The notes: generated by a model from the sequence alone, not told the origin. A stretch of 43,004 bases of DNA from Actinomycetota bacterium (GCA_046728195.1 JBKPEC010000001.1:1-43004); one strand, 5' to 3'; shown: positions 16,145 to 24,689, counted from the first letter of the stretch. Made by a program: numbers and translations.

Positions 16145-16507
16145 ACAAGCTCAGCGCCGCTCGAACAGGGCGGCGAAGGCCGGGCGTCGAAGAAGACACG
16201 CATCTCCAGGATCGTTCCGCCCTTAACCGTAGCCCATTCCGCCACGTTCGAGGTGCCCGCGGGCGTGTTGGTATGGAGGTCGCAGATCGTGACGACATCG
16301 TTCTCGTCCGCGAATACCTTCTTGACGTCCGTCCCGGTGACGATCTGCGCGAGCTTCCCCACCGACGACATGTAATCGTCTGTTCTCGAACTCCTCGATC
16401 CGCCCTACGAAATGAAGATCATCAGCGAGAAGCGACCGAGCTGTCTGGACGTCACCGCTCCCGAATGCCCGCTGATATCGCTCGACGACCTCGGCTGCAC
16501 CAGCCAT
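16141..16507 (-). pseudogene. SnoaL/NTF2-like protein gene interrupted by a 1-nt frameshift
   Basis: The N-terminal part is MAGAAEVVERYQRAFGSGDVQTARSLLADDLHFVGRIEEFE (frame A, ATG 16507). The C-terminal part is DDYMSSVGKLAQIVTGTDVKKVFADENDVVTICDLHTNTPAGTSNVAEWATVKGGTILEMRVFFDARP (frame B, stop at 16141). Together they make one typical ~121-aa SnoaL-like protein. The span is 367 nt (3n+1). The shift must lie between 16372 and 16404. Confidence 0.6.
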
Positions 16508-16604
16508 GCGAACTCCCTTCGCCCGAATCACCTGGCCAGGCCCTGGCCCGCTTCGAGCATGGGCCAGCCCGACCGCAACCGCAATCACCTCGGATCCACA
16601 ACCG

Positions 16605-17282
16605 ATGTCCGATCGTCCATTCATGTCTGAGCGCCAGATCGTCGCGATGGGTGGCTATCCCGACGATGCGCTCCTCGCCTACGTGCTCGGGCTCACACGC
16701 GGGCGCAAGGTGCTCTGCGTCGCAACGGCGTCGCGGGAGGATCCCGGCCTGACCCTCGCCTTGTACGAACGCCTCCACGGTCGGGCCGAGGCGACGCACG
16801 TGGATTTCTTTCCCTGGCCTCCGGCGGACCTCCGACAGCTTGTCCTCGAGCACGACCTGATCCTCGTCACGGGCGGCAACACCGCCAACGCGCTCGCGAT
16901 CTGGCGCACGCACGGCTTCGACCTGATCCTGCGTGAGGCGTGGGAGCAAGGCGTGCTCCTGACGGGCTGGAGTGCGGGGATGATCTGCTGGTTCGAGCAG
17001 GCGGTCACCGACTCGTTCGGACCGGACCTGGCGGCGCTCGACTGTCTCGGCTTTCTTCGCGGGAGCGCCTGTCCGCACTACGACGGGGAAGAGCTGCGAC
17101 GACCCGTCTACACACGACTCGTGAGCGAAGGGCTCGCGCCGGGCGTCGCCGCCGACGACGACGTCGCGTTGCATTACGTCGGCGAAGAGCTGCGCGAGGT
17201 CGTGACCTCGCGCCCAGGCGCGACCGCCTATCGTGTCGATGCGGAGGGAGAGACGCCGCTCGAGGCTCGACTCGTCACCTGA
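16605..17282 (+). CDS. Peptidase E-like S51 family (class I glutamine amidotransferase-like) dipeptidase
   Basis: RQIVAMGGY...VLCVATAS...DLILVTGGNTANALAIWRTHGFDLILREAWEQGVLLTGWSAGMICWFE is typical of peptidase S51 (nucleophile Ser in GWSAG). The start is chosen at ATG 16605; ATG 16623 is also possible. The listed 16506 start is an extension. Confidence 0.75.
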   Translation: MSDRPFMSERQIVAMGGYPDDALLAYVLGLTRGRKVLCVATASREDPGLTLALYERLHGRAEATHVDFFPWPPADLRQLVLEHDLILVTGGNTANALAIWRTHGFDLILREAWEQGVLLTGWSAGMICWFEQAVTDSFGPDLAALDCLGFLRGSACPHYDGEELRRPVYTRLVSEGLAPGVAADDDVALHYVGEELREVVTSRPGATAYRVDAEGETPLEARLVT

Positions 17283-17451
17283 CCGCGTCGACGCTGCGCC
17301 GGCGACGCGCGCGGAACTCCGCCGCCCACGCAAGCCAGCGGAGCCCCAGCCAGATCGGTGTCAGGATGACGTAAAAGAGGACGACAGCCACGCCGAGCAC
17401 GCCCCACCAGGTGGCCCAGCGCCACCACGGAACGGGCGGCTTCGGTCTCAC
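17275..17451 (-). CDS. Possible 58-aa Trp-rich single-pass membrane peptide translationally coupled to the PPDK regulatory protein
   Basis: It is below the 60-aa track cutoff. The GTG start overlaps the upstream TGA stop (GTGA at 17448-17451). Translation: VRPKPPVPWWRWATWWGVLGVAVVLFYVILTPIWLGLRWLAWAAEFRARRRRSVDAVR. There are 8 Trp, one hydrophobic helix and a basic tail. Third-position G+C is high. Confidence 0.35.
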   Translation of the reverse strand: MRPKPPVPWWRWATWWGVLGVAVVLFYVILTPIWLGLRWLAWAAEFRARRRRSVDAVR

Positions 17452-18278
17452 CGCAGGCTCTCGGCCGCAGCCTGCGCCTTCCGCGCCTCGACCGTACGCA
17501 GGATGCGTTGCGCCGTCTCCTCGATGGAGAGTTCGGAGATGTCGATGACCGGACAGCCGAGCCTTCGCTGGACGGCCGCCGCCTCCTCGAGCTCGTCGTA
17601 GATCTCGCCCAGCTCCGCGTAGCGACGGTTGTTCGCGCCGAGGTTGCGCACACGCGCTCGCCTGATGTCTGCCAGCCGGTCGGCGTCGATCGTCAGCCCG
17701 ACGATCTTCGCGGGGTCGAGCTCGTACAGCTCCTTTGGGGGCTCAATCCCCTTCACGATCGGCACGTTCGCCGCCTTGTGACCGAGATAGCCCAGGTAGA
17801 TGGAGAGTGGCGTCTTCGAGGTACGCGAGACGCCGACGAGCACGATGTCCGCCTCGTCGAGCCCGGCTCCTACTCCGTCGTCGTACTTGACCGCGAACTC
17901 CATCGCCTCGATGCGCCTGAAGTAGGCGGGGTTCAGCGGCGCGCGCGAGCCCGGCGTCATCCGCGCCGCTTGGCCGGAGACGCGCGCGACCGCGTCGATC
18001 GGGTGCCCGAGCAGGTCGCAGTAGTGCACGCGCGCCCGGCGGCAGAGGCGGCGCATCGCGTCCCGCAGCTCAGGGTCGACGAGCGTGTAGATGACGACTG
18101 CGGCGTGGCCACGAGCGCTGCGGACGGCGCGCTCGAGGTCCTCGACGCTCTCGGCGCGCGCGTGACGAACCTCCTCGAACTCCTGTTCCGGGAACTGCGC
18201 CTCGAGCGCCTGGACCAGGCGCGCCGCCGTCTCGCCCGTGGAGTCGGAGACGATGTGGAGCTCGACCGGCTGCGCCAT
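17448..18278 (-). CDS. Pyruvate, phosphate dikinase regulatory protein (bifunctional kinase/pyrophosphorylase, DUF299/YdiA family)
   Basis: VELHIVSDSTGETA... with the P-loop-like motif VLVGVSRTSKTPLSIYLG is typical of the family. The start is trimmed to ATG 18278 (MAQPVELHIV). The listed 18329 start is TTG. Confidence 0.9.
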   Translation of the reverse strand: MAQPVELHIVSDSTGETAARLVQALEAQFPEQEFEEVRHARAESVEDLERAVRSARGHAAVVIYTLVDPELRDAMRRLCRRARVHYCDLLGHPIDAVARVSGQAARMTPGSRAPLNPAYFRRIEAMEFAVKYDDGVGAGLDEADIVLVGVSRTSKTPLSIYLGYLGHKAANVPIVKGIEPPKELYELDPAKIVGLTIDADRLADIRRARVRNLGANNRRYAELGEIYDELEEAAAVQRRLGCPVIDISELSIEETAQRILRTVEARKAQAAAESLR

Positions 18279-18384
18279 CGGGAAGAGGCTAGTGCCTGGG
18301 AACCCCGATGTCTCCAGGACTCTCTTCAAAAAGGCTTAACGCCCTTCTGAGCTTATTCTTAAACGGAACGGGAACCGTGACTCC

Positions 18385-18771
18385 ATGCGTGTGCGTCACG
18401 TGACCATCATCCTTGCCTCGATTGCCGCGATGCTGGCCGTCTCTGATCCCGCCTCGGCCAAGCCGAACTGCGGCACGACGCTGCTCCGGGACTGGAGCGA
18501 CGGCCGGATCGACGGCGTGTACCCGGTGCGTTGCTACCGCCTCGCGCTCGCGAACATGCCGGAGGACGTCCGGATCTACTCGACCGCGGAGAGCGACATC
18601 AAGCGCGCCCTCCAGGCGAAGGTCCGCGCCGCAACGCCGGTGAAGGCGACGGCGCTCAAGTCCGCAGCACCGGCGTCGAGCAAGCAGGGCGACGGCGTTT
18701 CGCTCTGGCTCGTCATCGGGATCACGGCCGCCGTCCTCGCGGCCGGGTCGCTGCTCGCGCTCGTTCGCTGA
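18385..18771 (+). CDS. Hypothetical exported protein with a C-terminal membrane anchor
   Basis: 128 aa. It has an N-terminal signal peptide (MRVRHVTIILASIAAMLAVSDPASA), two Cys, an Ala-rich linker, and a C-terminal TM (LWLVIGITAAVLAAGSLLALV). An AT-richer promoter-like region lies upstream at 18330-18384. Confidence 0.6.
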   Translation: MRVRHVTIILASIAAMLAVSDPASAKPNCGTTLLRDWSDGRIDGVYPVRCYRLALANMPEDVRIYSTAESDIKRALQAKVRAATPVKATALKSAAPASSKQGDGVSLWLVIGITAAVLAAGSLLALVR

Positions 18772-18787
18772 GCGCGGGGCGGATAAC

Positions 18788-18809
18788 GTCCACGGCCATG
18801 GCCGTGGAC
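18788..18809. repeat. Perfect 22-bp palindrome GTCCACGGCCATGGCCGTGGAC centred on the glyQS ATG
   Basis: Read directly. The first 11 nt are the exact reverse complement of the last 11. The central CCATGG contains ATG 18798. Confidence 0.9.
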
Positions 18810-20156
18810 ATCGTGACGATGGACAAGATCGTGTCGCTCGCCAGGCGACGCGGCTTCGTCTTCCCGTCATCCGAGATCTACGGGGGCCTGGGCTCCACCT
18901 TCGATTACGGCCACTACGGCGTCCTGCTGAAGAACAACATCCGGGAGAAGTGGTTCGAGGCGATGGTGCAGGACCGAGACGACATCGTCGCGCTCGACTC
19001 CGCCGTCATCCTCCACCCCCGGGTCTGGGAGGCGTCCGGCCACGTGGCCGGCTTCACCGACCCGTTGATCGACTGCAGGACCTGCAAGCTCCGCTTCCGC
19101 GCCGACAAGCTCGAGGACTCGAGCTGCGGCCGCAAGCCGAGCAAGCACCCCGGCGAGACGCCCGAGTGCGACCTGACCGAGCCGCGTCAGTTCAACCTGA
19201 TGTTCGAGACGACCGTCGGTCCGGTGCAGGAGGAGGGCTCGCGCGCATTCCTGCGGCCGGAGACGGCACAGGGCATCTTCATCAACTTCAAGAACGTGCT
19301 CCAGATCGCCCGTCGCCGGCCGCCATTCGGCATTGCGCAGATCGGCAAGTCCTTCCGCAACGAGATCACTCCGGGCAACTTCCTCTTCCGCGTGCGCGAG
19401 TTCGAGCAGATGGAGATGGAGTACTTCGTCCCGCCAGACGAGGCCGAGCAGTGGTACCGCTACTGGATCGACGAGCGGCTCAACTGGTACCTCCGCTACG
19501 GGCTCCGCCGGAGCCGGTTGCGGGTGCGCGAACACGGCCCGGAGGAGCGTTCGCACTACTCCCGAGGCACGAGCGACATCGAGTACGACTACCCGATCGG
19601 CTGGTCCGAGCTCGAGGGCGTGGCCAACCGCGGCGACTTCGACCTGACCCAGCACACCGAGTACTCGACGACCAAGCTCGAGTACGTCGGGCCGGACGGC
19701 GAACGGTATGTCCCGTACGTGATCGAACCGGCGGTCAGCGTCGAGCGGATCTTCGTGGCGCTCCTCGTCGATGCCTACGACGAGGAGGTGGTCGGCGAGC
19801 GCGAGCGCACCGTGCTGCGGCTGCACCCGGAGATGGCGCCGGTCACCGCGGCCGTCCTCCCCCTCGTGGGAAAGAGCGACGAGATGGTCTCGAAGGCACG
19901 CAACCTGTACGAGGAGCTGCGGCGGCGCGAGAGCATCGAGTACGACGACAGCGGCGCGATCGGACGGCGCTACCGCCGCCAGGACGAGATCGGCACGCCC
20001 TGGGCTTTCACGATCGACGAGCAGACGCTCGCAGACGACACCGTCACGGTGCGCGATCGCGACTCGCTGGCGCAGGAGCGGCTGCAGATCGAGGGCGTCC
20101 GGGCCTGGCTCGAGGACGCCGGCGGTCGAGGGTGGAAGTCGCCGAAGGGGGAATAA
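18798..20156 (+). CDS. glyQS: Glycine--tRNA ligase (class II, dimeric GlyQS type)
   Basis: MAVDIVTMDKIVSLARRRGFVFPSSEIYGGLGSTFDYGHYGVLLKNNIREKWF... is a classic GlyQS N-terminus, and class II motifs occur throughout. An alternative start is ATG 18819 (MDKIV). The listed 18531 start is an extension. Confidence 0.95.
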   Translation: MAVDIVTMDKIVSLARRRGFVFPSSEIYGGLGSTFDYGHYGVLLKNNIREKWFEAMVQDRDDIVALDSAVILHPRVWEASGHVAGFTDPLIDCRTCKLRFRADKLEDSSCGRKPSKHPGETPECDLTEPRQFNLMFETTVGPVQEEGSRAFLRPETAQGIFINFKNVLQIARRRPPFGIAQIGKSFRNEITPGNFLFRVREFEQMEMEYFVPPDEAEQWYRYWIDERLNWYLRYGLRRSRLRVREHGPEERSHYSRGTSDIEYDYPIGWSELEGVANRGDFDLTQHTEYSTTKLEYVGPDGERYVPYVIEPAVSVERIFVALLVDAYDEEVVGERERTVLRLHPEMAPVTAAVLPLVGKSDEMVSKARNLYEELRRRESIEYDDSGAIGRRYRRQDEIGTPWAFTIDEQTLADDTVTVRDRDSLAQERLQIEGVRAWLEDAGGRGWKSPKGE

Positions 20157-20176
20157 CCGCCCGTCGTGCCTACTGG

Positions 20177-20923
20177 CTAGGCGCTGCGTAGCGTGCGCAG
20201 CCTGAAGTTCCCGAAGTATTCGTAGGCCGATGTGATGACCGCGAGCGCGTCGCGGGCGGAACGGTCCGTGAGCCCGACGTCGTGGGCCTCCGCGAGTGGG
20301 CGGTTGAGCAGGGCCTCGATGCCCGCGATCCCGGCTGGGGAAAGTGCGAGCGCGCCGTCCGCGCAGGCCCGGCAGACCGCGCCGCCGGCCTTGGCCGAGT
20401 AGCCGACGAGCGCCTCGGTATCTGCGCCGCACTCCGCGCAACTCGTGAGATGCGGGAGATACCCGGAGAGCCAGAGCAGCTTGAGTTGGAACGAGAGCCC
20501 GAGCGGGTCGAGCGCCGGACGGGCGTTCACCGGCGCGAGGCCGTCGAGGAGATCGAGGAACCGGGCCAGCGCCTGGAAGGCCCGCGGGTTTGCCTCCTGC
20601 TCGGTGAACAGGCGCAGCATCGTCTCCGCGCCGAGCAGCCCGACCCCGAGCCGGTACTGCTGCTCCCGCGTCTCGCGATGCGAGCGGAGGAGCTCGACGC
20701 CCGTCACAGTCTGCAGCTCCCCCGAGCCCTGGTGCAGCATCAGCTCGACGTGTGACAGCGGCTCGAGCCGCGCGCCGAAGCGGGACTTCGTTTTCCGGAT
20801 CCCCTTGGCGACCGCGCCGAGCCGTCCACGCTCGAGCGTGTACAGGTGCAGCACCCGGTCCGCCTCGCCGAATCGGAAGGAGCGCAGCACGACCGCCTCG
20901 GTCTTGTACGTGCGGCCGGCCAT
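20177..20923 (-). CDS. recO: DNA repair protein RecO
   Basis: 248 aa. The N-terminal OB-fold region is TEAVVLRSFRFGEADRVLHLYTLERGRLGAVAKGIRKTKSRF. The C-terminal Cys4 zinc motif is CAECG...CRAC. Confidence 0.9.
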   Translation of the reverse strand: MAGRTYKTEAVVLRSFRFGEADRVLHLYTLERGRLGAVAKGIRKTKSRFGARLEPLSHVELMLHQGSGELQTVTGVELLRSHRETREQQYRLGVGLLGAETMLRLFTEQEANPRAFQALARFLDLLDGLAPVNARPALDPLGLSFQLKLLWLSGYLPHLTSCAECGADTEALVGYSAKAGGAVCRACADGALALSPAGIAGIEALLNRPLAEAHDVGLTDRSARDALAVITSAYEYFGNFRLRTLRSA

Positions 20924-20989
20924 CGCTTTGCCAGTCTAGCCCGGAGGGTGGAGGAACCTTTCCGCGCACTTACGCGTTAAGACTCACGA

Positions 20990-21244
20990 ATGGCGCGAAT
21001 CCAGGTCTACACCACTCGCTGGTGCGGGTACTGCGTGCGCGCCAAGGCCTTGCTCGACGCGAGGGGCTACGAGTACGAGGAGGTGTCGCTCGACGACGAC
21101 CCCGCGTTTCGGCAGAAGCTCTTCGAGCTGACGGGCGGCTGGACCGTGCCGCAGATCGTGATCGACGGGGCCCCGGTCGGCGGTTACGCGGAGCTCTGGC
21201 GGCTCGACCGCGACGGCCGTCTGGCGGAGAGGCTCGTCGCCTAG
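20990..21244 (+). CDS. Glutaredoxin (CGYC active site)
   Basis: 84 aa. IQVYTTRWCGYCVRAKALL...TVPQIVIDGAPVGGYAEL shows the glutaredoxin fold motifs. A CGYC active site is also seen in mycoredoxins. Confidence 0.85.
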   Translation: MARIQVYTTRWCGYCVRAKALLDARGYEYEEVSLDDDPAFRQKLFELTGGWTVPQIVIDGAPVGGYAELWRLDRDGRLAERLVA

Positions 21245-21364
21245 AGACCCGGCCCGATCACGAGCTCCTGCTGACGGCGCTGCATGCGGCACGGTCGACC
21301 GGATGCCGTCTGCACTACCGGCGGCCGCCGGGGCCGCGGCTCCCGCCGCCGACGACGAGAACTT

Positions 21365-22198
21365 TCAGGTTGCGAGTCGTTGACATGTCGGGCAGTACCA
21401 CGTGCCGCGGCCGGCGGCTCGGATCTTGTCGATCGGCGTGCCGCAGCGATGGCAGGGCTCGCCGGCCCGGCCGTAGACGCGGAAGCGGTCCTGCATGCTG
21501 CCGCGGCCCCCGTCCGGAGTGGCGTAGTCGCGCAGGCTCGCGCCCTGACGCCTGATGCCCGCCTTCAGCGCTTCCTTGACGGCACGCGTCAAGCGCGCGA
21601 TCTCGTCCGCATCGAGCGACTCGGCCGGGCGCAGCGGATGGATCTGCGCGCGCCAGAGCGCCTCGTCGACGTAGATGTTCCCCAGCCCCGCCACTGTGCG
21701 CTGGTCGAGCAGCGCCGCCTTGAGCGGTGCACGGCGTCCCTGCAGTCGCTGGGCGAGCCAGCGTGCGTTGAAGCTGCGCTCGAGCGGCTCGACACCGACC
21801 TTTGGCGCCAGGTACGGCTCGAGCTCGTCAGGCTCGAGGAGCAGCCACGTGCCGAACCGCCGGACGTCGCGATACGCGACATCCGATCCGTCGTCTAGAT
21901 TGACAACGGCTCGGTGGTAACCATCGTCGTGCAGAGCACCGCGCGCGGCGTGGCGCAGGCTTCCCGTCATTCGGAGGTGGACCAGGAGAGCACGACCCGA
22001 CTCGAACCGAACAACCAGATACTTGCCTCGCCGCTCGAGGGCGCTGACGCGTTCGCCTTCGAGCTCGGCCGCCACGGCATGAGGCTCGAACGGCCGCACG
22101 AGACGCGGATCGGCGATCTCGACCCGGTCGAGCCTGCGGCCGAGCAGGTAGGGCTCGAGCTTGCGACGGATCGTCTCGACTTCCGGTAGCTCGGGCAT
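21365..22198 (-). CDS. mutM: Formamidopyrimidine-DNA glycosylase (Fpg/MutM)
   Basis: The ORF is trimmed to ATG 22198, giving MPELPEVETIRRKL (catalytic N-terminal Pro). It has the H2TH region and a C-terminal zinc finger, CHRCGTPIDKIRAAGRGTWYCPTCQ. It starts 1 nt after the deoA stop (TGAgATG). Confidence 0.92.
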   Translation of the reverse strand: MPELPEVETIRRKLEPYLLGRRLDRVEIADPRLVRPFEPHAVAAELEGERVSALERRGKYLVVRFESGRALLVHLRMTGSLRHAARGALHDDGYHRAVVNLDDGSDVAYRDVRRFGTWLLLEPDELEPYLAPKVGVEPLERSFNARWLAQRLQGRRAPLKAALLDQRTVAGLGNIYVDEALWRAQIHPLRPAESLDADEIARLTRAVKEALKAGIRRQGASLRDYATPDGGRGSMQDRFRVYGRAGEPCHRCGTPIDKIRAAGRGTWYCPTCQRLAT

Positions 22199-22199
22199 C

Positions 22200-23498
22200 T
22201 CAGGCAATCGTCTCGAGCACGATCGGTCGTGGAGGTGGCGCGTCCTCGCCGAGGTCGTAGGCCGCGAGTACTTCTGTGCGGGCCCGCTCGGCCGCCTCGT
22301 CGGTACGTGCGTAGACCTCGGCGATGGGTTCACCCTCTCTGACCGCGTCCCCTCGCTTCTTGAGGCAGCGGATGCCGACGGCGTGGTCGACTCTCTGGTC
22401 CTTCGTCTGCCGTCCGGCTCCGAGCCGAAGCGCAGCCAGGCCGATGTCAACGGCGCCGATCGCGCGGACGTAGCCGCTCTCCTCCGAGACGACGTCGCGG
22501 ACGACCGGTGCGACGGGTAGGGACTCCTCGGCGGGATCGCCGCCCTGGACCTCGATCCAGCGCTCATACATGGCGAGTGCGGAGCCGTCCTCGATCGCGG
22601 CCGCCGCTCGCTCGCGGCCGGCCGACTCGTCGATCCCCAGATCGGAGATCGCAAGCAGGTGCGCGCTCGCGTCGAGCACCAGCTCGCTGACATCAGGCGG
22701 GCCGGCGCCGCGAAGGGTCGCGATCGTCTCGCGGATCTCGAGCGCGTTCCCGACGGCCTGACCAAGCGGCTGGTCCATGTCGGTCAGGACGCACACGACC
22801 TCACGGTCGGCCTGCTTGCCGAGCTCGAGCATCATCCAAGCGAGCTCGCGCGCGTCCTCGACCGTCTTCATGAACGCGCCGTCTCCGACCTTGACGTCGA
22901 GCACGATGGCGTCCGCGCCCGCCGCGATCTTCTTGGACATGATGCTCGCGGCGATCAGCGACACGTTGTCGACAGTTGCCGTGACGTCCCGCAGTCCGTA
23001 GAGAAGCTTGTCGGCGGGGACGAGGTCGGCGGTCTGGCCGATGATGGCCAGCCCGATCGTTCGCACCTGGTCGATGAACTCCTCGGTGGTCAGCTCGACG
23101 CGGAACCCGGGAATCGACTCGAGCTTGTCGAGCGTGCCGCCGGTGTGTCCGAGCCCGCGGCCGCTCATCTTCCCGAACGGCACGCCGCACGCCGCGACGA
23201 TCGGGCCGACCGCGAGTGAGGTCTTGTCCCCCACGCCGCCGGTCGAGTGCTTGTCCACCACCGTGCGCCCGAGTGCCGGGCCGAGCTCGATCGTTTCGCC
23301 GCTTCGGATCATCGCGTCCGTGAAAGCGAACGTCTCCGCGCCGTCCAGCCCCCGGAAGTAGACGGCCATGCAGAATGCCGCCATCTGGTAGTCCGGAACG
23401 TCGCCGCGCGTGTAGGCGAGCACGAGCTCGGCCAGCTCGTCCGCAGGGAGTCTCTCGCCGTCGCGCTTGCGACGAATCAGTTCGGCGGCGTGAACCAC
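22200..23498 (-). CDS. deoA: Thymidine / pyrimidine-nucleoside phosphorylase
   Basis: 432 aa. AELIRRKRDGERL...DYQMAAFCMAVYFRGL...VDKHSTGGVGDKTSL are signature motifs. Confidence 0.92.
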   Translation of the reverse strand: MVHAAELIRRKRDGERLPADELAELVLAYTRGDVPDYQMAAFCMAVYFRGLDGAETFAFTDAMIRSGETIELGPALGRTVVDKHSTGGVGDKTSLAVGPIVAACGVPFGKMSGRGLGHTGGTLDKLESIPGFRVELTTEEFIDQVRTIGLAIIGQTADLVPADKLLYGLRDVTATVDNVSLIAASIMSKKIAAGADAIVLDVKVGDGAFMKTVEDARELAWMMLELGKQADREVVCVLTDMDQPLGQAVGNALEIRETIATLRGAGPPDVSELVLDASAHLLAISDLGIDESAGRERAAAAIEDGSALAMYERWIEVQGGDPAEESLPVAPVVRDVVSEESGYVRAIGAVDIGLAALRLGAGRQTKDQRVDHAVGIRCLKKRGDAVREGEPIAEVYARTDEAAERARTEVLAAYDLGEDAPPPRPIVLETIA

Positions 23499-23502
23499 CA
23501 GG

Positions 23503-24669
23503 TCAGCGCTCGACGATTGGCTGGCCTGGAATCCCGCGCGACGGCGCCTTGCCGCCCAGCCAGGCGTTCACGGTGGCCCCGACGTCCGCGAACTCGCCCT
23601 CGTGGATCCGTCCGGAAGCGTTCTTGCCCTCGACGTAGGCGAGCAGCAGCGCAAACTCGCGAGAGTGGTCGGTCGAGGGGGTCGTCGGGTCGCAGCCGTG
23701 GTCGGAGGTGAGGATCAAGAGATCCTGCGGTCGGAGTGCGTCGAGGAGGTCGGGCAGGCGGCGGTCGAAGTCCTGCAGGCAGCGATGGAAGTTCACAGGA
23801 TCGTTGCGGTGACCCCACAGCATGTCCGTCTCGACGAGGTTGGTGAAGATCACGCCGTCGTCGACCTCCCGCAGGAGCTTCTCGGTCTGCGTGATGCCGT
23901 CCACGTTCGACTTCGTCGGGTGGGATTCGTCGATGTCCTGGCCCGCGAAGATGTCGCCGATCTTCCCGACGCCGTAGACCTTCGTCCCGGCGTCCCGCAC
24001 CAGCGTCAGGTAGTTCGGCCGACGAGGCTCGAGCGAAAAATCGTGGCGGTTCGCCGTCCGCTCGTAGTTCCCCGGCTCGCCGCTGAACGGTCGCGCGATC
24101 ACGCGGCCCACAGCGTGCTTCCCGGTGAGGATCTCCCGCGCGATCGCAGACGCCTTGTACAGCTCGTCGAGCGGGATCGTGTCTTCGTGCGCAGCGATCT
24201 GAAAGACGGAGTCAGCCGACGTGTAGACGATCCACTTTCCCGTCCGCTGATGCTCTTCGCCGAGCTCCTGGATGATCTCGGTACCGGACGCGGCCTTGTT
24301 GCCGAGCACGCCCCGACCGGTGCGGTGCATGAACGGATCGATCACATCGTGCGGGAAGCCGTGCGGATAGGTCGGCATCGGCTGCGGCGTGACCACCCCC
24401 ATCAGTTCCCAGTGGCCCGTGGTCGTGTCCTTGCCCTTGGAGCGTTCGACGAGACGGCCGGCGACCGCGGGCGCTCCCGCCTGCGGCGGGCAGCCCTCGA
24501 GCGGCTCGATGTTGCCGAGCCCGAGCGCCTCGAGGTTGGGCAGGTCCAGGCCGCCGACCGCCCGGGCGACGTTCCCGAGCGTGTCCGAACCCTCGTCGCC
24601 GTACTCTCCGGCGTCCGGGAGCTCCCCGGCACCCACGGCGTCGAGCACGATGATGCATGCCCTCGGCAT
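23503..24669 (-). CDS. deoB: Phosphopentomutase
   Basis: 388 aa. IIVLDAVGAGELPDAGEYGDEGSDTLGN...KDTTTGHWELMG...SDHGCDPT is typical of DeoB. Confidence 0.92.
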   Translation of the reverse strand: MPRACIIVLDAVGAGELPDAGEYGDEGSDTLGNVARAVGGLDLPNLEALGLGNIEPLEGCPPQAGAPAVAGRLVERSKGKDTTTGHWELMGVVTPQPMPTYPHGFPHDVIDPFMHRTGRGVLGNKAASGTEIIQELGEEHQRTGKWIVYTSADSVFQIAAHEDTIPLDELYKASAIAREILTGKHAVGRVIARPFSGEPGNYERTANRHDFSLEPRRPNYLTLVRDAGTKVYGVGKIGDIFAGQDIDESHPTKSNVDGITQTEKLLREVDDGVIFTNLVETDMLWGHRNDPVNFHRCLQDFDRRLPDLLDALRPQDLLILTSDHGCDPTTPSTDHSREFALLLAYVEGKNASGRIHEGEFADVGATVNAWLGGKAPSRGIPGQPIVER

Positions 24670-24689
24670 CCGGCTATTCTAGGTCGGTC

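Noticed and set aside
21318-21331. A 14-nt perfect palindrome, CCGGCGGCCGCCGG, in the glutaredoxin/mutM convergent gap.
   Set aside because: It is pure G/C and short. Such palindromes are expected frequently at this base composition. There is no flanking T tract or partner site.
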